From contig NC_069003.1 of the NCBI RefSeq assembly GCF_001194135.2, positions 32,756,263-32,820,262 on the forward strand: a stretch of DNA of 64,000 bases, read 5' to 3'. The notes below the pieces were generated by a model. The model made no database searches. It was not told where the DNA came from and saw only the letters and a program-made list of their open reading frames with translations. A program made the position numbers and the translations under genes. Positions 11,451 to 24,829 of the stretch are shown in pieces; position 1 is the first letter of the stretch, and every line of letters begins with the position of its first letter. Origin of the DNA: Octopus bimaculoides (lineage: Eukaryota).

Positions 11451-11690
11451 ACGACTGGGCTCTCCTGCTTGTGTGGCAGGGTGCAGAGTCCTGTTGCCAG
11501 ACAGGGTGTTCCAGCAACCACCCTTTCGAAAGGGTGGCTGCTGGAACGTTACTGTTTGGGAAATCACTTGGATAAAGAATACAGGCTAGAAGGTATTGGT
11601 CATGTCAATGATCTACCAAAGAAAACTCATAGACACATGCGACATAGTAATTCATCCGCTTGTTCCAATCCTGTAGAACACACGAGATCA

Positions 11691-11724
<34 letters not shown>
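11451..11724 (+). mobile_element. Non-LTR retrotransposon 3' end (RTE-like) with (GAT)n tail
   Basis: Degenerate C-terminal coding remnant ending in about 11 GAT units. Confidence 0.5.
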
Positions 11725-11725
<1 letters not shown>

Positions 11726-11731
11726 ATATCT

Positions 11732-12156
11732 GTGCAGGCGTGGCTGTGTGGTAAGTAGATTGCTTCCCAACCACATGGTTCTGGGTTCAGTCCCACTGCG
11801 TGGCACCTTGGGCAAGTGTCTTCTACTATAGCCGCGGGCCAACCAAAGCCTTGTGAGTGGATTTGGTAGACAGAAACTGAAAGAAGCCCGTGGTATAAAT
11901 ATATTTATATGTATGTATATATTTATGCGTCTTTGTGTTTGTTTCCCCCCCACTACCATCACTTGACAACCGATGTTGGTGTGTTTACGTTCCCGTAACT
12001 TAGTGGTTCGGCAAAAGAACCGATAGAATAAGTACTAGGCTTACAAAGAATAAGTTCTGGGGGTCGTTTGTTTTTTCGACTAAAAAAAAACCCTTTAAGG
12101 CGGTGCTCCAGCATGGCTGCAGTCAAATGACTGAAACAAGTAAAAGAATAAAAGAA

Positions 12157-12158
<2 letters not shown>
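11732..12158 (+). mobile_element. Family A SINE, full-length reference copy
   Basis: tRNA-like head (tggctgtgtgg / gggttcagtccc boxes), CORE-like domain, microsatellite linker, 3' module ending taaaagaataaaagaa. Confidence 0.85.
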
Positions 12159-12200
<42 letters not shown>

Positions 12201-12816
12201 CATTTGTGCGTGCGCGCGATTACGTGAGTTTGTCTGCATGCACGTTAGTTGTTCGCTAATATCGATTTTCGTATGGTTTAGTAAGAAAATGTATCAAATA
12301 TTCGTTTCGAGATGCTTAACGACACGACACGAAGTAAGGGTTAATGATATAAAACGACAAAGACTATATGATGACGTAATAGAGGCTGGCTAGCTCGGAG
12401 CAGCTGGATGGAAGTATAATAATCATATATGAATGATGCGCAACAATTAGTAAAAAAAGCGTAACTAAAGAAAAAAAAACATGTATCTAACCAAAGAAAA
12501 GAAAAAAAAGCAAATGTTTTATACATTGCTTATGTGGTTGTCTTTTGAAAATTTATCGATGACTCTTTGTATCTTGAAATAATGTTGAAAGAAGAAAAAA
12601 ATAACGCAAAATATAACGAGTTTTTTATGTAACGACTGAGTTGAAATACAGAATGACATTAAATATATATTTAGTAGCAGATAATAAAAACTTGTGTCAA
12701 TGTAACCTAGTTTTGGGAAACTTCGGTAACGTTGGAAACAGATTGTAAGATAAGAGATTACTTTAATTATTCATTTCAGTTCCAACTTAAACAAAAAACA
12801 AGAAAGAAAAACGTAC

Positions 12817-12945
12817 ATAAGATTTTTTTTTAATTATGGAATTATCTTAAAGTATAACTTGAAGCGTATGATAAGAACTTTCGCCGCCTTTCCGTCGTCT
12901 TTTTGTTCAACGATACTTTCTGTTGAAATAGAACAAACCAATAGG
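12817..12945 (-). promoter_or_regulatory. Candidate promoter and non-coding first exon of gene A
   Basis: Donor TAT|gtacgt at 12817/12816; CCAAT at 12938-12942; edge of a CpG-retaining domain (by eye). Confidence 0.25.
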
Positions 12946-14756
12946 ATTTGTGAGCAAAACTGAGTTGGCAAATCAAAATTAAACAGCGTTACTGTTACTA
13001 TTATGTATGTAACCTTAGCTCACCTCAGATCATGTGCCCACGGTTAAAACTCAAGGGTTTCTCAGTCGAGATCACCCTATTCTCTTGGGCATTACGTATC
13101 TTCGATTACGTCACCTAATGTGCTGCCCCACATTTTTTAAAGAATACGATGTAATGTAAGGGAGATTTGATTACTACTTATTGCTAGTCGATCGACCGTG
13201 TTGAGAGCTTATCGAGTAGCCTAAGGGCTCAAAGGCATTCCAATAGTGACCACCCCGTTCTCTCGGGTATTACATAGCTTAGGTTATATAATCTAATGGG
13301 ATTCCTTTTGTTTTTTAATGTAATTTAAGAGAGATTGGTTTGCTGCTTCTCAGTCGATCAACCTAGTAGAGGGCTTTCTCATTGACTCGAATTAATTATA
13401 GTTATTTGTGTCATTGTTAACGATTAGCTCTAAGCCAGCCCTGAGCGAAGGTACCCCAAAATCATACAATCTATTTTTGTGTAACTTTTGACAGATATCT
13501 AAGCTGCTATTTCTTAGCTGGTCGAATGACCTTAACCAGTCTCCCACGTTGGCGCGAATTAATTAGCGTTGATTTCACTGGTTCAGAGTTTATCGCCAAC
13601 ATCGGAATATATGCCAATAATAATTATCTTTTTCTAGATCGTATATAACGATTTCGGTAGAAATTCATTGTAGACTCGATGTATGTTTTTGTTCCATTTT
13701 CCTTGTTAAGCTTGTCTATGGCGATAATATTCAGTAACATAAGTGTGTGCTTGATAAGGCACGTACCCGAAGTGCCAAATTTTGAGGTGCACCATTTTCA
13801 CTTTAGATCATAAGTTTTAGTTACGGTATTTTCATTAGGAAATTTACCGCTACCAAATGACATTTACACGTAGAAAACAAACTAATTTTATGTAGACGTA
13901 TACGAATGTATGTTTTATTAAAAAACATTGAGCTCAACAAAATACGTTTTGTTTCGTCTGAAAAATGTCAGTAACGAGTTAGATTGGCTTATAAGATGGG
14001 TGGAGAGATAGATGGATTTCTTATGATTTGACTCTGCATTGTGTATATATATGTGTATGCGCGTGTATGTGTCTTTGTTCTTTTCTGGTTTTAATTATTT
14101 GAAATCTTCTTGTAAAAAAAGGAGCTGGTTTCTAACAAAGATACAAAGCTCCATTGTTGGAATGTAGATAACAGAAACAACGTCACATTTTAAACTTGAG
14201 GAAAGACTTGCATATTTTTACTGTTCCACTTACAGATTGTGCGTGTATGTACGTACGTACGTACGTATGTATGTATGTATGTATGTATGTATGTATACGT
14301 ACGTTTTCTTCTATTTTTCATTATTTGAATTCTTCCTGCTAGAAATAATCGCCAAATCTTCCTCGAATCACACCCTTTCACTTAAAAAAATTTAAGGCAC
14401 GCACATTATACGAAAAGGGGAGAGTTGATCGACCATGACATGGACATATTTGATCATAAAGCCTACTGTATCAGAACTCACTTGAGGCTAAACAGAAATT
14501 TTTGTTGTTTCAAATTTACTCACTAAAATACTAAAGTCTTTTGCTCTTAGTTTTTATCGTTTAGCACGAAGACAACTTATAATCAAAAGTCCTCGAACAG
14601 CTACCATTATGCCTTTTTTAAGAGTGGAGAAGCTTAGAACGACGTTATATGATGTCCAGCTCTCTTATTTCTCCTTTTAAGACGGTAAGATGAGATTTGA
14701 GAGAGATCCTTCTGCTGCTTGTCAGTTTCGATTACAAATCTGCCCAATCGCTTTGT

Positions 14757-14915
14757 AACATAAGGCCAGGATTTTGGGAGAAAGGAATCAGTTTATTACA
14801 TCAACCCCGGAAGGATGGAAGGCAGAGTTTGATCTCGGCCAAGTTTGAATTTAGCTGTAACTAAATACCATAGGGCATTTTATTCGACGCTCTAACGATT
14901 CTGCCAATCCGCTGA
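14757..14915 (-). mobile_element. tRNA-derived SINE family B
   Basis: ggatggaaggcagagtttgatctcggc..aatttagct..cgattctgcca matches the reverse complement of 33437-33610. Confidence 0.7.
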
Positions 14916-15096
14916 AATAATTGACGAATGGTTCAGTCATTAGCCTGCAGCAGCGATTTTTAAGTACTTCTTTGCGAGAAGAGCCATATGAGAGAAACCA
15001 ATGACCTATTTAGAAGATTTATCTCTCATCCGCTTAACAATGTGTGTGCGGGCGGGCGGGCATGTGTGTGTGTACGTGTGTATATATCTATCTATC

Positions 15097-15140
<44 letters not shown>

Positions 15141-15559
15141 TTCACTTACATACATACATACATACATACATATTTTCTCTATTGGCAAGAAATCTTGAAA
15201 TAGATTGAATAATGACATATATTCGTTCACACACTTATGTATGTTCGTGTCTTCTCNNNNNNNNNNNNNNNNNNNNNNNNNNNNNNNNNNNNNNNNNNNN
15301 NNNNNNNNNNNNNNNNNNNNNNNNNNNNNNNNNNNNNNNNNNNNNNNNNNNNNNNNNNNNNNNNNNNNNNNNNNNNNNNNNNNNNNNNNNNNNNNNNNNN
15401 NNNNNNNNNGTGTATAAACAGTTTCATAAAATTAAAAAGTCAATAAAAGAAAATGGAGAAGAAAAAAAATAAAAGATGCTTGGTTCATTTTATTTGTATC
15501 CTCAATTAGAAAAGCAATGCAAATTAAAAGAATAAAACAACCCCAAAATATCCAGAAAA

Positions 15560-15596
15560 ATTATATATCTATATCTATCCATCTATCTATCTATCC

Positions 15597-15651
<55 letters not shown>

Positions 15652-15680
15652 CATCTATCTATCCATCTATCTATCTATCC

Positions 15681-15734
<54 letters not shown>

Positions 15735-15735
15735 A
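15560..15735. repeat. (TATC)n microsatellite
   Basis: Direct reading; similar tracts at 4518-4560, 6955-7060 and 29035-29065. Confidence 0.95.
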
Positions 15736-16147
15736 GATAGAAAGATAGATATAAATCCGCTTTTACGGAGTCTCGTGACTTGGAAAGCATTAACCTTTTC
15801 GCTTCCCATAAAGTCTTTGATTACGAGCCAATGGAGAGAACTTCAATGCAGTCGTTTGACCTATTTATTGGAATTTATAAATATGATGAGTTAAAACATG
15901 TTATTCATATTTTGTTATACGAAAGAATAATTAATAAAACAAGATAAGCTTCTATATAATTTTTCTTAAACTTTTAACATTTTTTAATATAGCTTTTTTT
16001 TTTAAAAGAAAAAATTTATCATGTCCACTTCGTTTTTGAATTTGGCTTCCAAGTTTCTTTATGTGAATTCGTGTGTTGAAACAAATTTGTTGTCTTGGGA
16101 GAGTCATTATGCCAATATTAATAACACATCCACTGGCTCAATTCTAC

Positions 16148-16417
16148 TCCTCTATTGATAATAATAAATGCGCCCTTTTAAAGCCTAGCCAGGCTCATGG
16201 GCCCGGTTTCCCGATTTCAATGGCGTATGTGTTCCCCAGCTGGACGAGACGCCAGTCCATCGCAGCGTTACTCATTTTTGCCAGCTGAGTGGACTGGAGC
16301 AACGTGAAGTGAAGTGTTTTGCTCAAGAACACAACGCGTCGCCCGATCCAGGAATCGAAATCACAATCTTACGATCATGGTGCTGACATCCTAACCACTA
16401 AGCCACGCGCCTCCACA
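16148..16417 (-). mobile_element. tRNA-derived SINE with V-domain-like core (family V)
   Basis: Head tggcttagtgg..gatttcgattcc; core ctgcgatggactggcgtctcgtccag; related copies at 62545-62780 and 23345-23510. Confidence 0.75.
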
Positions 16418-17832
16418 CTCCTCTATTAGACAATTGATTAAATATCTATTCAACTAACTAATCAATCGATTGTTTAACTTGTTAGTTAAAAGTCATTCTC
16501 AACCTTTTCATGTGACTGTCTCTCCCACTTCGCTACAGAGAACATTTTTGCCTGTGCCGGTTATTTTTTATACATAGTATATCAAGGACTACATAATGTA
16601 ATGTGTGCTGCTTCGTATAAGACAGAACAGAAATGTGTTGAGGAGGATTTGGCTGCTATTTCTAGCAGGCCATGAGACCAGTTATTGACCTCCCTCTTTG
16701 AGATCTAGTTTAGCTTCTCTAGCTAATTCTCTAATCAATATCCCCGATTACCTGCCTCATTCCTTCAGCATACTAATCTCTGCCTCCCTTTTAAGTCTGA
16801 ACATTAATCTCAGCATGGCTACTTCTGCTTCCATTGCTTTATCTTCTCAGAATAACTCACAAAATTGAATTTTCCACGTCGATGTTTGGTTGACAAGGAA
16901 AAGCAGCTAAATCTCAATCAAATCACACCTTACCATTTTTAAAAAAGGAAGAATACATTAGTTGATATAGTCTAAATAAAATATGTCTGACTAGGCACAG
17001 GTGTGGCTATGTGATAAGAAGTTTTGTTACCCAACCACATGGTTCCAGGTTCAGCAATTGGCAAAAGAAACCACTAAAATAAGTACAAGGCCTAAAAAAT
17101 AAGCACCGGGGTTGATTCGTTCAACTAGAACCCTTCAAGGCAGTGCCCTACCATGGCTGCAGTCCAATGACAGAAACGTAAAAGATGAAAGATTTATTCA
17201 GATCAATGTTTTGATGTTAATATATAAGTTTGTATATTTTGCTGATGGATGTAAATGTTGGTAAGAAAAATAATAATGATATTAAAAGGGTGAAAAAACA
17301 GTGCTTTTCAAATGAAATTCTTTGCAATATTTGTTTCACACCAAGTTATGGACACATCCATGTCACTCTCACTGTAAGAAATTCAGTGAACCAGTGTTTG
17401 ATCCGTCCACTGAAGATCTGTAAACGGCAACACTATTGTTCACCAATTGCAATAGATAATAAATAAATACATAAACAAACTCGTTAATATAAATGAGGTT
17501 AGAAGTAGCATCAGGAGAAGGTCGTCAAGTCATTTAAATATCATTAGTTTTGAAAGGAAATGATTTCTGATCGATATTGGGCCAATAAAAACCTTAACAC
17601 AACAATCTTTGACATTCTCATGGCTGTGCATATTGAATTATAATTTCTCAATAGTTGTAGTTTATTTGTGTTTGGCTTACCAATGACAACAAACAAAGAA
17701 TTACCGAGAGAATAAGGAAGCTTCTACTCAGTCACTTGACCTGCTAGAAATAGCAACTAGATCTCCCTCAAATCACATACTCTACAAATATCTTATATAA
17801 GTATACAATGGATAATATAAAATTAAAGGAAG

Positions 17833-18234
17833 GCAGCAGGCTGGCAGAACCATTAGCATGCTGGGCAAAATGCTTAGCAGCCTTTCATTTGTCTTTATGT
17901 TCTGAGTTCAAATTCCACTGCGGTCAACTTTATCTTTCATCCTTTAGGGGTCGATAAAATAAGTACCAGTTGATCACTGGTGTCTCATAACCGAATTAGC
18001 CCCTTCCCAAAAACCAATATAAAATTCTTTTCTACTCTAGGCACAAGTCCCGAAATTTGGGGGGAGGGGGCCAGTCAATTAGATTGACCCTAGTATGCAA
18101 CTGGTACTTAATTTATCAACCCCGAAAGGATGAAAGGCAAAGTCAACCTCGGTGGAATTTGAACTCAGAATGTAAAGACAGACGAAATACCGCTAAGCAT
18201 TTCGCCTGGTGTTCTAAGAAACCAATATAAAATT
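17833..18234. mobile_element. Family B SINE (+) with an antisense family B copy (18027-18218) inserted in its tail
   Basis: 16-bp direct repeat aaaccaatataaaatt at 18011-18026 and 18219-18234. Confidence 0.8.
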
Positions 18235-18694
18235 GAAGGGGAATGTAGTCCTTGTTAATAATAAACAAGGATTATATCTTACAACATTGAGGTGGTTACA
18301 AGTTCCAACTAGATTAGACAAGACAAGAAGTTGACAAAGCAATAACATATCATTTTATTATATACAAGCAATTTTATTACTTTGTTATAAAATTACATTT
18401 GTCATGTTTGAACTGAGCATCAGTTGTTTTGTCAATCTGTAACTTGAGGCTTTCATGTAATGCAATATGATATCACATTAGCTGCACTTATCTCAAGTAG
18501 ATACACCCTCTCTACTTGGAATGCTTGTCTCTAGCAAGTTTCTGAACTGACCTTACATGTCACTGTAAAAATACATCAGATACTTAACATACACAGGAAA
18601 ATTATTGTCTTACAGTTTCATGTTAAGTGTCACCAGGATCATGTCTTTGTTTATTAACTTTGAATGGCTTATGTTTTTTTCAATGAAAATATTG

Positions 18695-19324
18695 GTTTCA
18701 AATTTTTGGTATCAGGCCAACAATTCCAGGGGTGGGGCATGGGGGTAGAGAGCCAGACTACTACATCAACCCCAGTGATTAACTAGTAATTATTTTACCA
18801 ACCCCAAAAAGATTAAAAACAATGTTGATCTCGACGGAATGTGAACTCAGAACATAAAGACAGACGAAGCATTTTGCCTGGTGTGCTAATGATTCTGCCA
18901 GCTCACTGCCTTAAATAATTTCAAATTTTGGCACAAAGCCAGCAATTTTGGTGGAGGGGATTATTCTGTTACACCAACCCCCAATGTTCAACTGGTACTC
19001 ATTTTATTGATCCCGAAAGGATGAAAGGCAAAGTTGACCTCAACAGAATTTGAACTCAGAAGGTAAAGATAGATGAAATGTGATAATAATTCTACCGGCT
19101 TGCTACCTTAGGTTTCAAATTTTAGCACAAGACCAGCAAGTTCAGGGGAGGGGATGAGTCGATTATATCGACCCCCAGTGCTCAACTGGTACTTATTTTA
19201 TCGACCCTGAAAGGATGAAAGGCAAAGTCAACCTTATTGGAATGTAAACTCAGAATGTGAAGATGGACAAAACGACGCTAAGCATTTTGCCCAGTATTCT
19301 AATGATTCTGTCAGCTCACCGCTT
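18695..19324 (-). mobile_element. Three head-to-tail family B SINE copies
   Basis: Units start tttcaaattt at about 18695, 18919 and 19113, each with the gaaaggatgaaaggcaaag-type core. Confidence 0.85.
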
Positions 19325-19455
19325 TATTTCCAACGAAAATATTAATTGCTGATTTGTGAGAAAGTCTTTTACATTTCAAGCCTACGCTCTTCGATAGAAA
19401 GGAACACAAAAATAAACAGGGAAAGAAAATAAAAAAGGTTTAGTGGCTAGTGATC

Positions 19456-19489
<34 letters not shown>

Positions 19490-19734
19490 TATATATATAC
19501 ATACATGCATACACACACGAAGACAAACACATACATATTTGAAATTCATTACAGAGATAAATACATAGATAGCTAGGTAGATACACGTGCTTCACATCAT
19601 ACATTTGACTCCACTAAAAATGAAGTATTTATCACAAAAGTGCTCACTCAATAATTCTAAATAAATTAAATTAGCCACAGCGATGATAACATCTCTGTGA
19701 CAAGTGAAACAGAAATTGAAGAATCTTGATATGT

Positions 19735-19780
<46 letters not shown>

Positions 19781-20299
19781 CTTCCATCCAGGTTATAAGT
19801 AGATATCTTTCTGTATGTAAGCTATAAAATGGTTTCATGAGTTGATCAAACTGGTTTCTAGAAAAAGGTGGAATTACAGCCACTAGTAGGCATATTTATC
19901 CCTGTTATTATCTGTCTGTCTGTCTGTCTGTCTGCCTGTCTGTCTGTCTGCCTGTCTGTCTGCTTGTCTGTCTAAACTGTCCAACCCATGCCAGCATGGA
20001 AAGCAGACATTAAACGATGATGATTANNNNNNNNNNNNNNNNNNNNNNNNNNNNATATATATATAATCATCATCATCATCATCATTTAACATCCATTTTC
20101 CATGTTAGCATGGGTTGAACAGTTTGACAGGATCCAGTGTCAAATTTGGTATGGTTTCTAGGGCTGTATGCCGTTCCTAATGCCAATCACTTTACAGAGT
20201 GTATTGGTGTTTTGTTTTTTTCCTGCCACTGGCTCCTGGTGAGGACACCTGATTAAACTTGCAAGACAGAAAAAGAACAAGAAAAAAAAAGAAAAAGAA

Positions 20300-20818
20300 A
20301 AAGTTCTCACTACTAAGAGGGGGAGGTAGTAGGTGGGTGGCTTTATGGTTAAGCGTTGACTGGTTAGAGTATAATAGAAGGACAGACTCAGGCATATTGC
20401 TATAGAGGAGATACTTGGCTGAAGGAGACAAGAGGAAGGTAGTGATGAAGTACTGAGGTACTTGAGGTACAAGAGGGTGATACGTAAGAGTGGATACAGA
20501 CAGTGGGTCATGGGAAGGGAAGAGAGGGAGTGGATTCTTTCATAAGGGTGTGGAGGGGGACAACAGAATATAGTGTGATGAACACAAGGGTAGAGGTGCA
20601 ATTGAAGGGGAGAATACCAGAATGGAGAGGGGTGAGGTGAGAGATATAGGAGTGATTCAGGTAGAAGAATAGGTCAGGAAGTAGTAGCATGATATGTAAA
20701 GTGGTAGAAGCAGTGGAGAAGAACATGTACAGGTACATAAAGGGCTATAGATATGATATGAGAGGGTGTTCAGAAGGAAAGCAGATAAGAGAAGTGTTTA
20801 GAATAGAGATTAGTGGAG

Positions 20819-20880
<62 letters not shown>

Positions 20881-21070
20881 TGAAAGCATAGCAAGGAGGT
20901 GATTGGTAGAAATATTGTAAACAAGGATGATAACAAGGAATGGAAATGGTTCGGTGGGGTGGGGTGAGGGTGTCAGAAGAGAAGGGATTGCAGTATGTGC
21001 CAATTCTACTTTCAGGTGATTACAGCAGCTGAATAGTACCATAGTACCTGTGCATTTTCCACATACAAAC
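20300..21070 (-). mobile_element. Decayed CR1/Jockey-like LINE 3' region
   Basis: C-rich degenerate C-terminus (YSVVP..H..SFP..S.CIHS) interrupted by (GA)n; similar remnant at 53100-53400. Confidence 0.4.
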
Positions 21071-21089
21071 ACTACTTTCTCCATTAACC

Positions 21090-21800
21090 TTCTTTTGGTC
21101 TAAGTGCACCTCTTGTGTGTCCATACCTGGCACTGGATAAACTGTATGGAATTTCTGCCTACACCTATCAAGCAGGGCTATTTACCAGAAGCGGATAGAG
21201 TCCTATCTATTTTCCTGCTTACTAGGAACCTTGGTCTTTGCTAAGTTAACTTTAAGGCCCTTCAATTCCAAGTTTTGTTTCTACAACTGGAATTTCTTTT
21301 CTAATTCTGTTGTGAGAGTGAGATCCTCAGAATATAGTAGTTTCAAAGGAGAGACAAGCATAGAAGTTTCAAGGATAGTGGTTTCAAAGATAGACAATGG
21401 TGAATAGCGGGGGACTGAGAACCAAGCGTTGGTGAACGCCTACCTGTATTCTAAACTTGTATTCATGGCTAACTCTCACCTCACTGACAGCACCCCTGTA
21501 CATGGCTTGTACAGCTTTCACAAACCATTTGTCTATCCCTAGCTTCTTCAGAGACCACGTCATTACAGAGTGAGGGTACTCTGCAGAAAGCTTTCTCCAG
21601 GTTGATGAATGACAAGTACAATGGTTTATTCTTAGATAAATACTTCTGTAGTTGTCTGACTAAGGCACAAAACCAAACTTCATCTCATCTTGTCAAACTG
21701 TTTCTAATTAAGACTAATAATGATGCTGCACTCATCACTGGGGATGGCACCTTCCTGAATAACCTGATTAATTATACAGATGACCAGACTGTATCCTACA
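21090..21800 (-). mobile_element. RTE-clade reverse transcriptase fragment (decayed)
   Basis: NQVIQEGAIP, PLYLSFINLEKAFCRVP, LLYSEDL (YADD-like), ELEKKFQL.KQNLELKGLKVNLAKTKV. Confidence 0.8.
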
Positions 21801-21866
21801 TTGATTGAATAAGTCGCTTTGTGTCTTATATTCGCTTAAAAAAAAACAAAATTTTGGCCAACCTAA

Positions 21867-21927
<61 letters not shown>

Positions 21928-22432
21928 NNNNNNNNNNNNNNNNNNNNNNNNNNNNNNNNNNNNNNNNNNNNNNNNNNNNNNNNNNNNNNNNNNNNNNNNN
22001 NNNNNNNNNNNNNNNNNNNNNNNNNNNNNNNNNNNNNNNNNNNNNNNNNNNNNNNNNNNNNNNNNNNNNNNNNNNNNNNNNNNNNNNNNNNNNNNNNNNN
22101 NNNNNNNNNNNNNNNNNNNNNNNNNNNNNNNNNNNNNNNNNNNNNNNNNNNNNNNNNNNNNNNNNNNNNNNNNNNNNNNNNNNNNNNNNNNNNNNNNNNN
22201 NNNNNNNNNNNNNNNNNNNNNNNNNNNNNNNNNNNNNNNNNNNNNNNNNNNNNNNNNNNNNNNNNNNNNNNNNNNNNNNNNNNNNNNNNNNNNNNNNNNN
22301 NNNNNNNNNNNNNNNNNNNNNNNNNNNNNNNNNNNNNNNNNNNNNNNNNNNNNNNNNNNNNNNNNNNNNNNNNNNNNNNNNNNNNNNNNNNNNNNNNNNN
22401 NNNNNNNNNNNNNNNNNNNNNNNNNNNNNNNN

Positions 22433-22472
<40 letters not shown>

Positions 22473-24122
22473 GCACACACACACATATACACACATATCA
22501 TCATCACCCTTGTCATCATCTGCATTTAATGGACGTTTTTCATGCTGCCAAAGTGTATATATGTACATATTTGTGTGTGTGTGTGTGTGTGCACGTGCTT
22601 TTGTTTGCATGTGTGTGTGTGTGCATGTGTTTGTGTGTGTATATATATTATATATACACGTGTAAGCATATATATGTATAAACATATGTTTTCATGTATA
22701 TACACAAACATGTATTTATGCATGCATATGCATCTGTATACACACACACACACATATATAAGATATCACAAGTGTGTGTATATTAGCTTTATTATCTATT
22801 TTATGCTTCTGCATAGTTTAAAATTCTCTTTGATTTATTCTTCATTCAATTTAGCACTTTTATAGCTTCAGAATGACAGAATTTTGTGCCTACACCATGA
22901 AAGCATGTCTGGACTACTTGAGATGCCTTGACATATGAATACTGATTATGAACAAAACGCTTTAGTGTTCATACAGTGTCTTTTGTTTGTAGTTCTCTGC
23001 AAAAGTATGTTCAGACCATTCTTTGTTCGATTCTGCCTCAATCGAAGTTGTGCTTGATCTATGCAAGCATGGAAAAGTAGATATTACAATGATGATGATG
23101 ATATAAATTGGCTATGTTTTATATCTTAATATTTGTTAAAATTATTAGTTGTCTGCCTTGATTTCCTTCTGGTTTTAGATTGTACATGCACAAGTACACT
23201 GATGTTGTTTTTACCTTGAAATAAGTTTGTCTTTTTCCAATAAATAATTTTTACTAACCATTCATATGTGTGTCTGTGTACCTTATATGTTCATACAAAT
23301 AAACATATGCACAATACTTACCTACACACACACATGTAGTTGCCCATGCATACCAGCCTCTCCTCTCCGCACCACTGATGTTATCCAAGGGAAAGGCAAC
23401 GGGGCTGATACAGTTTGGCACCAGTGACATTGCAACCCATTTCCACTGCTGAGTGAACTGGAGCAACGTGAAATAAAGTGTCTTGCTCAGAAACAGCCCA
23501 GTCTGAGTGAGGAATAACTTTAACAACATATCAGATAGTAAGTTTTTTAAAAGGTTAATCATGGAGATTAAGGAAACTTAGAGTGGCAGATAAATAAAGT
23601 GGAGTGTTGGGAAAGCCTGGCAGTGATATATTAAGCAAATGATGAAATAGGAGGGGTGGAGTGTTTGTGGATGGTCAATGGGTGAAGTGATAAGGTAAAG
23701 GACGGAAATAAGTAGTGGACCACAGATTCAACCAGGAAGAAATGGAAAAATAATTTTATATATATATATAATGTAAAAAGGAGTTTAGTTAAAAAAAAAA
23801 GATAAGAGATAAGGATTATAAACAAATTCGTGTGCATGCAAGCGCGCACACACACACATACTTGTGAGAGATACATTACATCTGGCACAGAAGGAAATTC
23901 ATTCACTATTCAGGAACAACAGACAATTATGAAATGAAGATAAGAATGAAGGAGATAAAGTTAACTCCGTGTTGTGATACGGATTGGGCCATCATACTAA
24001 TATGGAAGATGCCGTCCACAGTTTCAACAGTTGTTTGAAAATATCTGCAAAGTACTACTTTCCCATATGGTATGACATTGTCGCCAAAAATGGTTACTAA
24101 GCTACACACACACACACACATA

Positions 24123-24340
24123 CAGGGCCGGCTCAAGGTAGCAACATCTTGGGCAGTCACCCGGGGCGCCATGTGCTAGGAGGTGCCATATGCTAGGGGG
24201 TGTCACATGCTAGGGGATGCCATGTGCTCAGTGGCACCAAAGACAGCATGACAAAGACCAGGGAAATTTCCACAATCATCAGCTTGTACGTGCCGAAGTT
24301 CAGCTTGCCCAGGCCACCAGCAACCCTAGGGCCAGCCCTG
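24123..24340. mobile_element. hAT-like MITE with internal 17-18 bp tandem repeat
   Basis: Ends cagggccggct / ggccagccctg; four ggtgcca(t/c)(a/g)tgctagg-like units. Confidence 0.55.
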
Positions 24341-24829
24341 TATATATACATCATGTATATATTTGCCATATTTCATTGCATAATGGATACCTCTGAAGAG
24401 CAGAGGGTTACATAATCACATTGTTACCTAACACTTGTTGAACTCCTTGTGTGAAACCAATTGGTAAGATTGGCCATAATGGATATATAATACTGTATAT
24501 ATATATATATATATATGTACTAGCTTAAAAGCTAGTAATTTACATCACCTGAAAGTTTCATTAAAATATATCCACTTTTTCTGAAAGTTATGAGGAAACA
24601 AAGAGTGGGGAGGGGTACAACTGTACAGCTATGCCTATTCAATTTTGCTTTGTACTTATTTACATTTCGAAGTCATTATTATTGTTAAAGTTTATATTAA
24701 AACCGGAAAAAAAAAACTGTATAACTGCATCTATTGCTCCCCACTACCTCCCATTTTCATCTCCAGTACCCACATAAAATTTTCCATGTTCCCGTTTAGG
24801 TAAGCAGTGTTGCCTACTTTCAGAACACT

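Noticed and set aside
11247-11831. 194-aa ORF
   Set aside because: Read-through across an antisense maT fragment, a LINE tail, (GAT)n and a SINE head
13092-13113. TTACGTATC plus TTACGTCA pair, also at 32732-32773, as bZIP sites
   Set aside because: Spacing differs, the first pair borders a family D repeat, and two occurrences are weak evidence
22984-23245. Plus-strand 12-nt exon and terminal exon (LYMHKYTDVVFTLK*) with AATAAA
   Set aside because: Signals are common in AT-rich DNA, with no upstream exons or homology to support them
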